DNA from: Escherichia coli | GTDB lineage: Bacteria > Pseudomonadota > Gammaproteobacteria > Enterobacterales > Enterobacteriaceae | Reading direction: 5' to 3' (one strand) | Assembly: GCF_044324785.1 (NCBI RefSeq) | Contig: NZ_CP172127.1 | DNA: 64,000 bases | In this document: piece after piece, positions 48,416 through 58,575 of the stretch | Layout of the letters: every line of letters starts with the position of its first letter | Numbering within the stretch: position 1 is the stretch's first letter | Made by a program: the position numbers and the translations under genes | Notes under the pieces: model-generated | Database searches by the model: none | What the model saw: only the letters and a program-made list of their open reading frames with translations | Told to the model about the DNA's origin: nothing

Positions 48416-48464
48416 ATTTTTTTGTTGTTCTTCCACGTAGTTTGTGCTTACAATTTAAACGCTA

Positions 48465-48775
48465 ACTTGTCGCTTCGGCGACCACCAATGTTCCATGTGG
48501 CCTGTGAGGAACGCCTTCGGGTGGCCCATGTCGCTCCGGCGACCACCAATGTTCCATGTGGCCTGTGAGGAACGCCTTCGGGTGGCCCACGTCGCTCCGG
48601 CGACCACCAATGCTTCATCTGACCTGTGAGGAGCGCCTTCGGGTGGTCAGTTTTACACCTCCTGAGCCTGAAAGGAGCTGTGCGTACTGAAGGGATATGT
48701 TTCCGGAAGTACGGGCAAATCTGCACACCTTTGAGAGCAGATGTCACTGCGGTTTTCCGTGATGATGAAGGCTTT
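48465..48775 (+). repeat. Structured ~320-bp element, copy 3 of 3
   Basis: Near-identical to copy 1. Confidence 0.85.
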
Positions 48776-48901
48776 TTTATCACTGTATGACCTGAGTTAT
48801 CTCTGGTCCTTAAGCACATCGTGTTATCGCATTGATGTGTTCACCTGACGGATTTTCCAGTCCGTCAGGGCGGAACGTCCGTCTTTTATCCGGAGGTTCC
48901 A

Positions 48902-49303
48902 ATGTTTATTCCACTTCTGTTTCGCGCAGAGATGCGCCTGACACCTTTCTTTCAGCGACTCAGACAACGTCTGTGTTATCCGGTGAGTCGTGTTCATACA
49001 CAACATCCCTGGTCTTCTCCACAGTTGCGGCACCTTTACTGCACGCCGTGGTTTGTTAACGCCACCGGCAATCTTGCACTCCGTGCCTGCATTGTTTCCA
49101 TTGACGGTTCTTTGCGACACTGCTTTGAGTTCCGTGAAGGCTCTCACAGCCGTGAATACCGTTTCTGGTTTGAGGCGCTTCCTTTGTCGGTACTGCGTTT
49201 TAACACTTTTACCGGTCGAATATCCGATCGCCGTACACTCTCTGCTGCCTCCCGTATGGCCGCGCAGCTTACTTCCTTTCGCTATCGCTTCGGTTTGCGC
49301 TGA
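48902..49303 (+). CDS. Hypothetical basic protein
   Basis: SD GGAGG 5 nt before ATG 48902; preceded by 9-bp-stem hairpin. Confidence 0.45.
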   Translation: MFIPLLFRAEMRLTPFFQRLRQRLCYPVSRVHTQHPWSSPQLRHLYCTPWFVNATGNLALRACIVSIDGSLRHCFEFREGSHSREYRFWFEALPLSVLRFNTFTGRISDRRTLSAASRMAAQLTSFRYRFGLR

Positions 49304-49455
49304 AGCTGTTTGAGGTCGTTATGACAGTCATTTTCTCTACGAGCAGCGTTGTCTGATCGCGCCATTCAGAACGCGATGACAAAGCTGATTTTTCCTTAAC
49401 CCGTCCGGGACCGCTTCCGTTCGGGGAACGGTCTCTCTGTTTCTGGAGATTGTTT

Positions 49456-49842
49456 ATGGGACTCGATATTTTTTTCCTTGGGCGTGATCGTGTTTGTGTT
49501 ACCGACGCAGTGGTATCGGTACCGGAAACGCGGGAAGTGGGGTACTTTCGCAAGGTTAACCCACTGATTGCCTGGTTTGAGAAGCATTGTGGACCGCTTG
49601 AAAATGCCGTGGAGCGTCCGGTTTCCAGAACGGAACTGGAGGCACTACTGAGCGATCTTGAATGCCTTACGCCGGAGAACTGCCGGGAATTCTTCCCCAC
49701 AACAGAAGGATTCTTTTTTGGCTCTCAGGAGTATGACCAGTATTACTGGAAGGATGTTGAGGACGTGAAGTCGTGGGTCAGAAGCACGCTTGATTCGTTT
49801 GATTTTGAACGAAAAATACTGTTGCTCTGGGCATGGTGGTAA
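49456..49842 (+). CDS. Hypothetical protein
   Basis: SD GGAGA before ATG 49456 (track ORF begins at upstream TTG). Confidence 0.5.
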   Translation: MGLDIFFLGRDRVCVTDAVVSVPETREVGYFRKVNPLIAWFEKHCGPLENAVERPVSRTELEALLSDLECLTPENCREFFPTTEGFFFGSQEYDQYYWKDVEDVKSWVRSTLDSFDFERKILLLWAWW

Positions 49843-49928
49843 CTATTTCTCAGTCCTTGTTTTTAACCATGTGATTATTCGCAGAAGCCCGACTTCTCTG
49901 GCCTGCTTTTATTCCGGAGAATGAGATT

Positions 49929-50177
49929 ATGCAAATAAGTGCAGAAACTCGCGCTGTTTTACGTCACTACAGACAGATCATTAACGCCAGACGGCGTGAA
50001 GATGGCATGAAAGCTCTCAGCACGCCGCAAATCGTTGATGAGATCTGTGAGTTTATGCTCAGCCAGCCAGCAGTGTATCTGGGGGGGGCAGTTCATCATG
50101 CAGAAGGCCAGAACAAGATAGCTGTCTTTGTTCATGGCTTTTCAACAGACCGTTATGCTTTCGCCACCACATGGTAA
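49929..50177 (+). CDS. Hypothetical small protein
   Basis: 82-aa ORF in same-strand block. Confidence 0.45.
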   Translation: MQISAETRAVLRHYRQIINARRREDGMKALSTPQIVDEICEFMLSQPAVYLGGAVHHAEGQNKIAVFVHGFSTDRYAFATTW

Positions 50178-50261
50178 GGCGGGTCTGATTTTACTGTTAA
50201 CCGTACGGTTCACTCTCATACCGTACGGTGGGAGTGAACCCTTTTCATTAAGGACACTCTC

Positions 50262-50771
50262 ATGAAAACGAAAACTTCTGCACCTGCTGTATATGTTGGT
50301 ACCTGGGCTAAATACAACAATGGCAGCATAGAAGGATGCTGGTTTAATGATTTAACCGTTTTTGAAACTGAAAGCGATTTTTTATCTGCGGCCCGTAAGT
50401 TTCATCAGGATGAAAAAGATCCTGAATTTATGTACCAGGATTATGAAAACTTTCCTTCGGGAATGGCTTCAGAATATGGTTTCAACTGGGCTTATGTTGA
50501 AGGTTATCGTCTTGCCCGTGAAGAAGGCTGTGAAGATGCATGGTATGCATGGGTTTCTAATACCGGTGATACCTGTTTCGAACAGTTCAGGGAGGCGTGG
50601 CTTGGTGGTCCTTATGACAGTGAACTCGAGTTCGCCGCGCAGTACGTGGATGAATGCGGTTTTCTGTCAGAGGTACCTGATACTGTTGCACGCTATTTTG
50701 ATTATGAGGCTTTTGCGCGCGATTTGTTCATGGAACTGGATTTTGTCGACGGACACGTTTTCCATCGGTAA
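50262..50771 (+). CDS. ardA: Antirestriction protein ArdA
   Basis: PAVYVGTWAKYNNGSIEGCWF...HQDEKDPEFMYQDYENFP and acidic composition match ArdA by recall. Confidence 0.8.
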   Translation: MKTKTSAPAVYVGTWAKYNNGSIEGCWFNDLTVFETESDFLSAARKFHQDEKDPEFMYQDYENFPSGMASEYGFNWAYVEGYRLAREEGCEDAWYAWVSNTGDTCFEQFREAWLGGPYDSELEFAAQYVDECGFLSEVPDTVARYFDYEAFARDLFMELDFVDGHVFHR

Positions 50772-50967
50772 CTCACAGCCATGAGGGCGCATATAAGCCG
50801 TGTACTGGCGGATGTGATTTCAGCATACATTCTGCTGGTTTTTTTACCGTTGTTGACAATTTTAATCATCGCGGATGAACAACCTGAACTCTGTTGTTCA
50901 CCGCCCGGAGGCATCGTTCCTTCGGACGGTGTGCTCTTTCATCAGAAAGAATCAGACAGGGGGTTTT

Positions 50968-51327
50968 ATGTATTCGCGTTTTATTACTGGTTACTGGCAT
51001 CTTCAGACGCAGTCCGCTTTGCTGGCACATCTCTGTCAGCTTGAAGGTGAACTGACGATACTTCGCGCCTGGCAACGTCTCGGAATTACCCCGGTGCCGG
51101 AGGATGAAGATGAGCCTTCACCACTTTACTCAATTTTGTGGGATGTTGGTGAGGCTCTGGGCTGGTTGCTGTATGACCTGGAGATGGAAAATGTTCCTGC
51201 ACCGGGAACGATTTTCCACGAGGTATTCGACAGGGTTATATCTCTGGGGTATGAGACTGAGCCCGGTATCTGGGCTGAAAGTATCAGTACCGGAAAGCGC
51301 TACGCTGCAATGCCTGACGAATTTTAA
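50968..51327 (+). CDS. Hypothetical protein
   Basis: SD GGGGG before ATG 50968. Confidence 0.45.
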   Translation: MYSRFITGYWHLQTQSALLAHLCQLEGELTILRAWQRLGITPVPEDEDEPSPLYSILWDVGEALGWLLYDLEMENVPAPGTIFHEVFDRVISLGYETEPGIWAESISTGKRYAAMPDEF

Positions 51328-51394
51328 TGTTTTCCACATTCCCACAGGGACTCATCCCTGTGGGACGGGTCCCGGCTTTTTCAGGAGAAATTTC

Positions 51395-51733
51395 ATGAGA
51401 CCCGATTTGAATACTTTACCCGGAGATTCCGGCTGCAGCGTCTGGTTCTATGACGGAATGTCTCAACCGCGTCTGCTGGCGGGCAGTATTGCCGGGTTAC
51501 TGACGGATGTTACGATCACATCGAATTACCGTGGTGACGTCACATCTGAAATTCATGACGTGGTGCAGGAGTGGCTTGCGACCGGCAGGGGTAACCTGGC
51601 GGATTTAAAGGAAGAACTCTGGTACTACAACCTCTACATAAATCCGTCGGCAGACGAACTTATGAATGCCAACAGGCGGTATGGCCTCGGACATACCACC
51701 AGGCTGAAAGGCTTTATCAATAACGCGGCGTGA
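51395..51733 (+). CDS. Hypothetical protein
   Basis: SD AGGAGAAA before ATG 51395; preceded by hairpin. Confidence 0.5.
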   Translation: MRPDLNTLPGDSGCSVWFYDGMSQPRLLAGSIAGLLTDVTITSNYRGDVTSEIHDVVQEWLATGRGNLADLKEELWYYNLYINPSADELMNANRRYGLGHTTRLKGFINNAA

Positions 51734-51808
51734 CACACCGCCATCCCGTGAGGGCTCAGCTCCTCACGGGGCTGTTCCCTCGGTGATTTTCATACAGAGA
51801 GGAGCAGA

Positions 51809-52246
51809 ATGATGAACGTTAAGTCTGTGACTGAGGTTGACGACGCTGTGGTTGCCCGTGTCAGTGAAGTTCTGGAATTCGCATTTCCGGGGCAGAAATT
51901 TGAAGTGCTGAAGGTATGCGATTCCGGCGTTTACAACATGATTAATGTGTACTGGCTGGACGGCCCGACACAGGCTGAAGTGCGGTTTATCACCCGTGCG
52001 TTTGAAGGCAAAAACGGGCTGAGGTTTGTGCACGAATCCCGCGAATTCAGTAATGAATTTGTGCAGGAGTGCATTGACCGGCTTCGCCAGAAGTACGGGC
52101 ATCGCAACGTTCCGCCAGAGGTGACCGTGGAGCGTTACTGGAAAAACGATCTGTGGAAGATTAAAACAGATCGTTTCCCGGGCACTATTGAGGTTGCCAT
52201 CAACGAAATGGGGATGGAAACCAGTAAATACCGGAAGGTTGTATAA
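51809..52246 (+). CDS. Hypothetical protein
   Basis: 145-aa ORF, SD GAGAGGAG upstream. Confidence 0.5.
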   Translation: MMNVKSVTEVDDAVVARVSEVLEFAFPGQKFEVLKVCDSGVYNMINVYWLDGPTQAEVRFITRAFEGKNGLRFVHESREFSNEFVQECIDRLRQKYGHRNVPPEVTVERYWKNDLWKIKTDRFPGTIEVAINEMGMETSKYRKVV

Positions 52247-52353
52247 CCGGCTGGACTTTTGACGATGGCGGAATGTGACAATTCCGCTTTTCCCGTGAGG
52301 GCATTGTTCCTCACGGGACAATGCCCTCTTCATTTACCAGAGGAGCATTGATT

Positions 52354-53331
52354 ATGGCTGAATGGTGCAGAAATCGTTTTGAAATCACCGGTAAGTCAGT
52401 CTGTCTTGACGTACTGATTCAGTGGATTGAAGGGAATGATGCCCCCCGGTACCGTCATGCGATCCAGCAGAGCATACTGCTGTTTCTTGCAGGCTGTGCG
52501 GGGATACTGAAACCGGTAAGAACGGTGTCATATCCGCCTTATCCCGGGCTGGTCAGTCACGGTGCCGGCTCAACAACTGTAGCCAGTCAGGCGTTTGAAC
52601 AATGGCTGGGATTACTGACCAGGGATGCCTTCCTTGATCACGAGACGGTGAAGACAATAGATCGTCTTTATCATCAGACAGGGACAGGCGCTATCCGGTG
52701 GAGTAATCTGCCTGATACGGCGAAGGAGATAATCGGTGGTGTGCTTGCACAACAATATGCTGACTGGTTTGGCGTGGCGGATGTGTATGAACGCCCTGAT
52801 AACGCCTTTCTCTGGGAGTCGTTGTTAACATTTGCGGAGTATTCGCAACCCTGTGATATGCTGCAGGTGATGCCAACACGACTGGCCACGGAGCTGAACG
52901 GAAGTGGTGGTTTGCTGAAAGGCACCGGAACGACCCGCAGTTTTTACTGCCGCCAGTTTGGTATGGAGTACCCACTGGGGCAGAATGTCCGGTGGAAACG
53001 AACCGGGCTGAGTACGTTGATACTGGAGTTTGATACCATCTGGTGTCCGCCTTCAGGTGTACTGGTGGGGGAGATTTCGGCAGTGTTTGACTGTGAGGTC
53101 CGTCACTGGTACAGCGAGCCGAAGAACGGAATCAGAGGCTATGACTGTTATGATGGTGGTGAACATACGGACAGCAATATGGAAGCCGAATGGCCACACT
53201 CTGACGATGAGGGGGAGGTCGCGGAGCATGAGCAGCCACAACTCTGTCTGATCAGGGACACGCAGCCAGGTGAACGCGTCATGGCATTAGCATCAGTCGA
53301 GTCCCCGGGGCCAGTAGTAAAAATAGTGTAA
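52354..53331 (+). CDS. Hypothetical protein
   Basis: SD GGAG before ATG 52354 (MAEWCRNRFEITG...). Confidence 0.55.
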   Translation: MAEWCRNRFEITGKSVCLDVLIQWIEGNDAPRYRHAIQQSILLFLAGCAGILKPVRTVSYPPYPGLVSHGAGSTTVASQAFEQWLGLLTRDAFLDHETVKTIDRLYHQTGTGAIRWSNLPDTAKEIIGGVLAQQYADWFGVADVYERPDNAFLWESLLTFAEYSQPCDMLQVMPTRLATELNGSGGLLKGTGTTRSFYCRQFGMEYPLGQNVRWKRTGLSTLILEFDTIWCPPSGVLVGEISAVFDCEVRHWYSEPKNGIRGYDCYDGGEHTDSNMEAEWPHSDDEGEVAEHEQPQLCLIRDTQPGERVMALASVESPGPVVKIV

Positions 53332-53340
53332 TGAAACAAT

Positions 53341-53365
53341 GCGCCACATTTTGTGGCGCTTTTTT
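53341..53365. terminator. Terminator hairpin between convergent genes
   Basis: GCGCCACA-tttt-GTGGCGC followed by TTTTTT. Confidence 0.6.
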
Positions 53366-53412
53366 AATAAATCAGTGATGGCAGAGTTGTTATTGTAAAT
53401 AACTCTCCGTGT

Positions 53413-56328
53413 TTACTGAGTCAGTTTTTTTATCAGGTCGTGAATTTTATCACCTGAAAACTGGGTCATGAAAGTTATCTTTATGGATTTACTGATTTGT
53501 TCGAAGAGTTTCTGTGCATGTTTTATTTTATCGCGTTCTTCATGTCTGAGTTCACGTTTGCCATCAACATTTTTGGTTTCAATAATAAGGTTCAGATAAT
53601 CACCCTTTGACGTGTTTACAACATAAGCGAAGTCAGGGGAGTAAGTGTATCCTCCCGCTACAGGAATTTTTATTGAATTTTTGGGGATCTTTGTGAAGAC
53701 AATGACTGACCTGACCTCACCCTCTGTCATATTGAGTTTTTCAAGTTCTGAATCATAAAATACTTCTTCAAAAAGATAAGAGTCCAGTGGAGGGCTTGTA
53801 TTATCCTGTAAAACGCCAAGATCACTTGACAATACATCAGCAAGATAACCGCCGTCTGCATTGGTGAATTTCGTGGGATGGACAGTTCCTGATATTACAT
53901 TATACCCAAGGCTGAATTTACTGAACGAGTTATTAAGCAAATACTTGCTGAAACCAGATTTAATTTTTCTGATTGTCTGAATGTTAAGGTATTCAGTTAT
54001 ATTTATGATGTCTTTTATATCACAAAAAACCTTATGCATGGTGTCATGTTTGACAAAAATAGTCTGTGATAATTTATCAAGGAATTCACGATAGCTCATT
54101 GTGTTTATTTTGTGAAAATTATCCTCATCAACACTGAGAATGCTTTTCGACATTGCCGTATCATTATGGATATAAATTCTTTCAATACGAGTATGAGCAC
54201 CGGATTTGGTAAATCTGTCTGCTTCTTCCAGCATAAACGCTCTGAAAAGGGATAAAAACTCACGTTCACTTTTTATTTTATACTCAATCACGACCTTTTG
54301 ATTGATCAAGTCCCATAGTTCTTTCAGCTCACTGAACTTACCAACACGCATTTTAGTGCGTCTTTTTCCATCAGAGGCTTTTTTTATTTTGCCTGGTTTC
54401 ACTCCTGCAGGAAATGCTGCCGGATATCTGGCTTTTAAGCGGCTATAGGCATCTGAATCTTTGAAGTTATCATTATCATCAATGATCTCATCACCAAAAA
54501 TTTCATTCAAGAGTGTTCTGGAGGAAAGCTCCGGATATTGAGACAGGATTTTATCCTTAAGCTCCTGAGTAAACTTACCTGGAACAGTCTCTTTGAAAGA
54601 ACTATCGTTGATCTCTTTGACAAGAGAATCGACAAAATCTTTTTCTGTAAAATCAACATAATAGTTGAGGGTAAAATTGCGGTCTTTCACACGACACATG
54701 TATTCATTCACCGGAAGACGTAAACCACGCCCTACTTCCTGAAGTTTAGATGTGGTGCTACCGCTCGAACGGAGCTTACAAATCTGAAAGACATTTGGGT
54801 TATCCCATCCCTCACGCAACGTCCATTTAGAGAAAATGAAACGGCGAGGATTTTCTAAAGACAATAGAAGCTCTTTATCATGAAGGATTTCGTTGATTTC
54901 CTGCTCAATTTTATCATCTTTATCACTATTATCTTTTGAAAAATAACCACCATGAACAGAAGATATATCCTTAACAGTTTTTTCAAGGTAGTTTCTGTAA
55001 AACTCATCTTTTTCTGTTTTTAACAGTTCATTTGCTTCTGCCAAAACGTATTCTTCGAACTTAGTTTTCAGGCTTCCTGCAATATCATTACCATCACGAT
55101 AGCCTTCAATGTCATCAATGAAGAAAAGAGTAAGAGGTTTTATGCGTGGCCTTTGTGTCAGATACTCTTTTTCTAACTTAAAGTGTTCTTTGACAGCTTT
55201 ACGTATCATGTTATCAGCAAGTGTCTGATCGTAAGAATAGGGGTTTATCGAACTACCAATTTTTAGCTCAATACCATTACTCAACACTGCTGTATTCTTA
55301 TTTAAAGCATCAAGAGTTAAATCATGGATCGCACTATGCGTCTTAGATAGTGATTCACCTTTGGCTAACTTAAAAATTTTTTTATTATTATTTTCGTTCA
55401 GTTCAAATGTAGCTTCTTTTCCGTCAGATTTGACCAACTTGAGGTTGGCATTACCATCACCAACTATATCCTCAATGTATGCATCAATACCTTTAACAAG
55501 ATCTTCATTGAAGGCATCTACGGCTGTAAGACGATAAACTAAGTTCTTATAGCCTTCACTAAAGGTTGCACCATAGCGGATGATATATTGGGCATTAAAT
55601 TTTTGAATATGTTCCCATGTCTTTTTACCAGTAGGAAATTTATGAGGCTCATCAATGATAATGAATGGTTTTATCGCACTAAGTGCAGAAAATGGGGTAT
55701 CAAACTGATTATTAAGCAAGCCAACATCATAAGTGTCAGTTAAAGACTTAGAGTTAATCATCCCTGAATTGATCACAAGAATGTGTATATATTTCTTATT
55801 GAAATTACTTGCTTCAACAAAATCATGGATAGCTTGAGGTATATACGATTTTGTATTTTTACCCGAACGTTTCTGACTTTCAACAACGTAAGTCTTTAGT
55901 TCACGCTCGTAATCATCTCGAAAGTGTTCTTTTATAGCATCGCTTTTTAAAAAGTTAACGGTTCCGGCTTTGATCGATAGGGTAGGAACAATGATGATAA
56001 ACTTGTTAATACCAAATGATTTGTTCAGGTCAAAAATTGTTTTGGTGTAAGTATAAGTTTTACCTGTACCTGTCTCCATAGAAACATCAATTACGTTGCT
56101 TTTAGCATCGTAATTATCTTTTGAGTGCTCAATACCATTGAACTCCTGAACATTTTTTATGTTGTTGTAGTATTGTTGTTCAGATAGATTCAGTTCTGGA
56201 TTAGCTAACAGGCGAATTGCAACATGATCCGTCTGATGAGGTATGGCGGATACAAAGACATTCATTACCGAATCAACGCCAGCCTTTTGATGAGGTAAAT
56301 TTTTTTCGAATGTGAACCCTTTAGACAT
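53413..56328 (-). CDS. res: Type III restriction enzyme Res subunit
   Basis: 971 aa; helicase Walker A METGTGKTYT, DEAH-like IIIDEPH, motif VI QEVGRGLRL, C-terminal PD-(D/E)xK; low GC; immediately downstream of mod. Confidence 0.85.
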   Translation of the reverse strand: MSKGFTFEKNLPHQKAGVDSVMNVFVSAIPHQTDHVAIRLLANPELNLSEQQYYNNIKNVQEFNGIEHSKDNYDAKSNVIDVSMETGTGKTYTYTKTIFDLNKSFGINKFIIIVPTLSIKAGTVNFLKSDAIKEHFRDDYERELKTYVVESQKRSGKNTKSYIPQAIHDFVEASNFNKKYIHILVINSGMINSKSLTDTYDVGLLNNQFDTPFSALSAIKPFIIIDEPHKFPTGKKTWEHIQKFNAQYIIRYGATFSEGYKNLVYRLTAVDAFNEDLVKGIDAYIEDIVGDGNANLKLVKSDGKEATFELNENNNKKIFKLAKGESLSKTHSAIHDLTLDALNKNTAVLSNGIELKIGSSINPYSYDQTLADNMIRKAVKEHFKLEKEYLTQRPRIKPLTLFFIDDIEGYRDGNDIAGSLKTKFEEYVLAEANELLKTEKDEFYRNYLEKTVKDISSVHGGYFSKDNSDKDDKIEQEINEILHDKELLLSLENPRRFIFSKWTLREGWDNPNVFQICKLRSSGSTTSKLQEVGRGLRLPVNEYMCRVKDRNFTLNYYVDFTEKDFVDSLVKEINDSSFKETVPGKFTQELKDKILSQYPELSSRTLLNEIFGDEIIDDNDNFKDSDAYSRLKARYPAAFPAGVKPGKIKKASDGKRRTKMRVGKFSELKELWDLINQKVVIEYKIKSEREFLSLFRAFMLEEADRFTKSGAHTRIERIYIHNDTAMSKSILSVDEDNFHKINTMSYREFLDKLSQTIFVKHDTMHKVFCDIKDIINITEYLNIQTIRKIKSGFSKYLLNNSFSKFSLGYNVISGTVHPTKFTNADGGYLADVLSSDLGVLQDNTSPPLDSYLFEEVFYDSELEKLNMTEGEVRSVIVFTKIPKNSIKIPVAGGYTYSPDFAYVVNTSKGDYLNLIIETKNVDGKRELRHEERDKIKHAQKLFEQISKSIKITFMTQFSGDKIHDLIKKLTQ

Positions 56329-56330
56329 GA

Positions 56331-58367
56331 TTAGTTCCTTACCACCAAATCTAAATCAATAGATTTTTTATTAGCATAACTTTTTAGTGCTTCATTGAGT
56401 TCCATCTGTTTCGCACTTTCGAAGTTGCTGCCATAAAATACAACTTTGTTAGGGGCAAAGTCTTTGTCTGCATCCAGCTTTTGAAGTAAAGCTTTCAAAG
56501 CCTCACTTGTGAAATTAGGCGCAATTAGATATAGCCGACCATCGCACAAGTGTGCTTTGTAGCCATTAAGGTCAATATCTTCAATTGGTGTTGTTAGCAA
56601 GCTGCCATCATACACGCACCATGTCGTCAATAGAGTGTCATACTGCTCTGGTGTCAATACAGCATCGTCAAAGAAACTAAGATTAGAAAGCGTAAGTTCA
56701 GACTCATCTTTCACTCGAAAATCATGAACTGTTTCAAATATTTTAAATCCCAAATCTCCATTATAATTAGGATTATCTTTTTTCAGCTTTTTTCCTGCCT
56801 TAATAATTCTGTCTTTTGTTATATTGAAGATGGATTTATACCCTTCTTTATAGGCTTGTTTCTTTTTATCTGTTTCTTCATCTAATTGAACACAGATGAA
56901 GTTTCTTTTCCTGCCGTCTTCAATATTTAACTCCAGAATACCATGAGCTGTAGTTCCAGAGCCAGCAAAAAAGTCAAGATAAATGTCTTTATCTTCGGTT
57001 TTTACTGAACCAAATAGTGTTTTTATTAAACTTGTTGGCTTCGGGTAGGAGAAATATCCTTTCCCACCAAAAAGATTTTCAACCTCAACACCACCATCAC
57101 TTTTAGTTGAAATAATTGATCTTAGTAAAAACTCTTCAACTTCATCTAAAAATTTAACCGAACTGGGTTGGGTGTTTTCTGTACTGGCAAACCAAATTCC
57201 ACCACAAATAACGCTACCATCATGTAGTTTTTTGATATCTGCATACTTTCCATCTATTCTTTTTGCAATATGATTAAAAGTGCCTTCTTTCCAACGCCAG
57301 CCTCTGTCTGGGATTTTGACAGGGTTATTAGTCAAAGGGTGCAATACTTCATACGTGGGTCCAAATGAATCTGCATTAGGCCAGCTCATATTAATTTTAC
57401 CCCATGGCCTATAATCTTCGTTCAAACAGTTGTAAAGAGTAATTCCACGATCATATCCGTTGGAGCTGTAGAATTTTTTGAGTTGCTGCTCTGCTTTATC
57501 TAATGGCACCTTCTCCTTTTTTAACTTTTCAATAAACTGATATACATCATCAATACCATCTTTCCGCATTAAAAATTCTTTACTTATTTCGTTATTCTTC
57601 GCATAAGCAAGGATGTACTCATGGATATTACCAATACCCTTATCATTTTTAGGGATACGTTTATTCCATACAATATTTTCTATGAAATTTGCTTCGCCAA
57701 AAATTTCATCACAAATAGTTTTAAGTTGATTTAATTCATTTTCGTCAATCGAAATAAATATCACACCATCTTCACGTAGAAGCTCACGAGCAATATATAA
57801 ACGAGGATAAATGAACGTTAACCATGCGCTATGGCTGCTTGAACCATTCGTGGTAAATTCAAGTATACGTTTAGCCTCATCAAGATCGATACCTGCCAGA
57901 TCAGAAAGCTGTTCAGGTGTAAACTTGCGATCATCGTTATAGGCGAATCCATCCTTACCTGTATTGTATGGTGGATCAATGTAAATCATCTTCACCTTTT
58001 CAGAGTAAGCATTAACCATATGCTTCAATACTTCGAGGTTATCCCCTTTGATTAACAGATTCTGACTGTTTTTGTTCTCTTCACGTTGGTTATGGTCTTT
58101 ATCTTCGGAGAGTAATGTCTTCGGCGGCAAGTTAGCTAACAGACGGGCATAGGATTTACCAAGCCAGTTCAGGCTGTATGATTCTTTGGAGAGTTCAACA
58201 TCCGATGATTTGACGATTTCAAGCAATTTTTCCTGAATGAACGCTCCATTTTTATCAAAACACTGTGGAAAGTTAGCCTTTAAAATCGCAAGCTGTTTAC
58301 TGTTTGTGGTTTCAGTTTCAGAGAAAAGAGTTTCTTTTTTCAGTTGAAATTGGGGTTGTGTATTCAT
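56331..58367 (-). CDS. mod: Type III N6-adenine DNA methyltransferase Mod subunit
   Basis: Motif IV DPPY (MIYIDPPYNTG) preceding motif I FFAGSGTT (beta-class order); SD GGAGGTG 5 nt before ATG 58367; mod-res order. Confidence 0.85.
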   Translation of the reverse strand: MNTQPQFQLKKETLFSETETTNSKQLAILKANFPQCFDKNGAFIQEKLLEIVKSSDVELSKESYSLNWLGKSYARLLANLPPKTLLSEDKDHNQREENKNSQNLLIKGDNLEVLKHMVNAYSEKVKMIYIDPPYNTGKDGFAYNDDRKFTPEQLSDLAGIDLDEAKRILEFTTNGSSSHSAWLTFIYPRLYIARELLREDGVIFISIDENELNQLKTICDEIFGEANFIENIVWNKRIPKNDKGIGNIHEYILAYAKNNEISKEFLMRKDGIDDVYQFIEKLKKEKVPLDKAEQQLKKFYSSNGYDRGITLYNCLNEDYRPWGKINMSWPNADSFGPTYEVLHPLTNNPVKIPDRGWRWKEGTFNHIAKRIDGKYADIKKLHDGSVICGGIWFASTENTQPSSVKFLDEVEEFLLRSIISTKSDGGVEVENLFGGKGYFSYPKPTSLIKTLFGSVKTEDKDIYLDFFAGSGTTAHGILELNIEDGRKRNFICVQLDEETDKKKQAYKEGYKSIFNITKDRIIKAGKKLKKDNPNYNGDLGFKIFETVHDFRVKDESELTLSNLSFFDDAVLTPEQYDTLLTTWCVYDGSLLTTPIEDIDLNGYKAHLCDGRLYLIAPNFTSEALKALLQKLDADKDFAPNKVVFYGSNFESAKQMELNEALKSYANKKSIDLDLVVRN

Positions 58368-58425
58368 AACGCACCTCCAGAATGCACGGAGGTACTTGAC
58401 GCGGAATTTTTATACAGGCATATTG

Positions 58426-58575
58426 TTGCGTTGCGTTGCGTTGCGTTGCGTTGCGTTGCGTTGCGTTGCGTTGCGTTGCGTTGCGTTGCGTTGCGTTGCG
58501 TTGCGTTGCGTTGCGTTGCGTTGCGTTGCGTTGCGTTGCGTTGCGTTGCGTTGCGTTGCGTTGCGTTGCGTTGCG
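58426..58575. repeat. Perfect pentanucleotide repeat (TTGCG)x30; (CGCAA)x30 on the mod-sense strand
   Basis: 150 bp of uninterrupted 5-nt periodicity, 58 bp upstream of mod ATG, preceded on the sense strand by ATG-AAA with SD GAGG. Confidence 0.95.
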
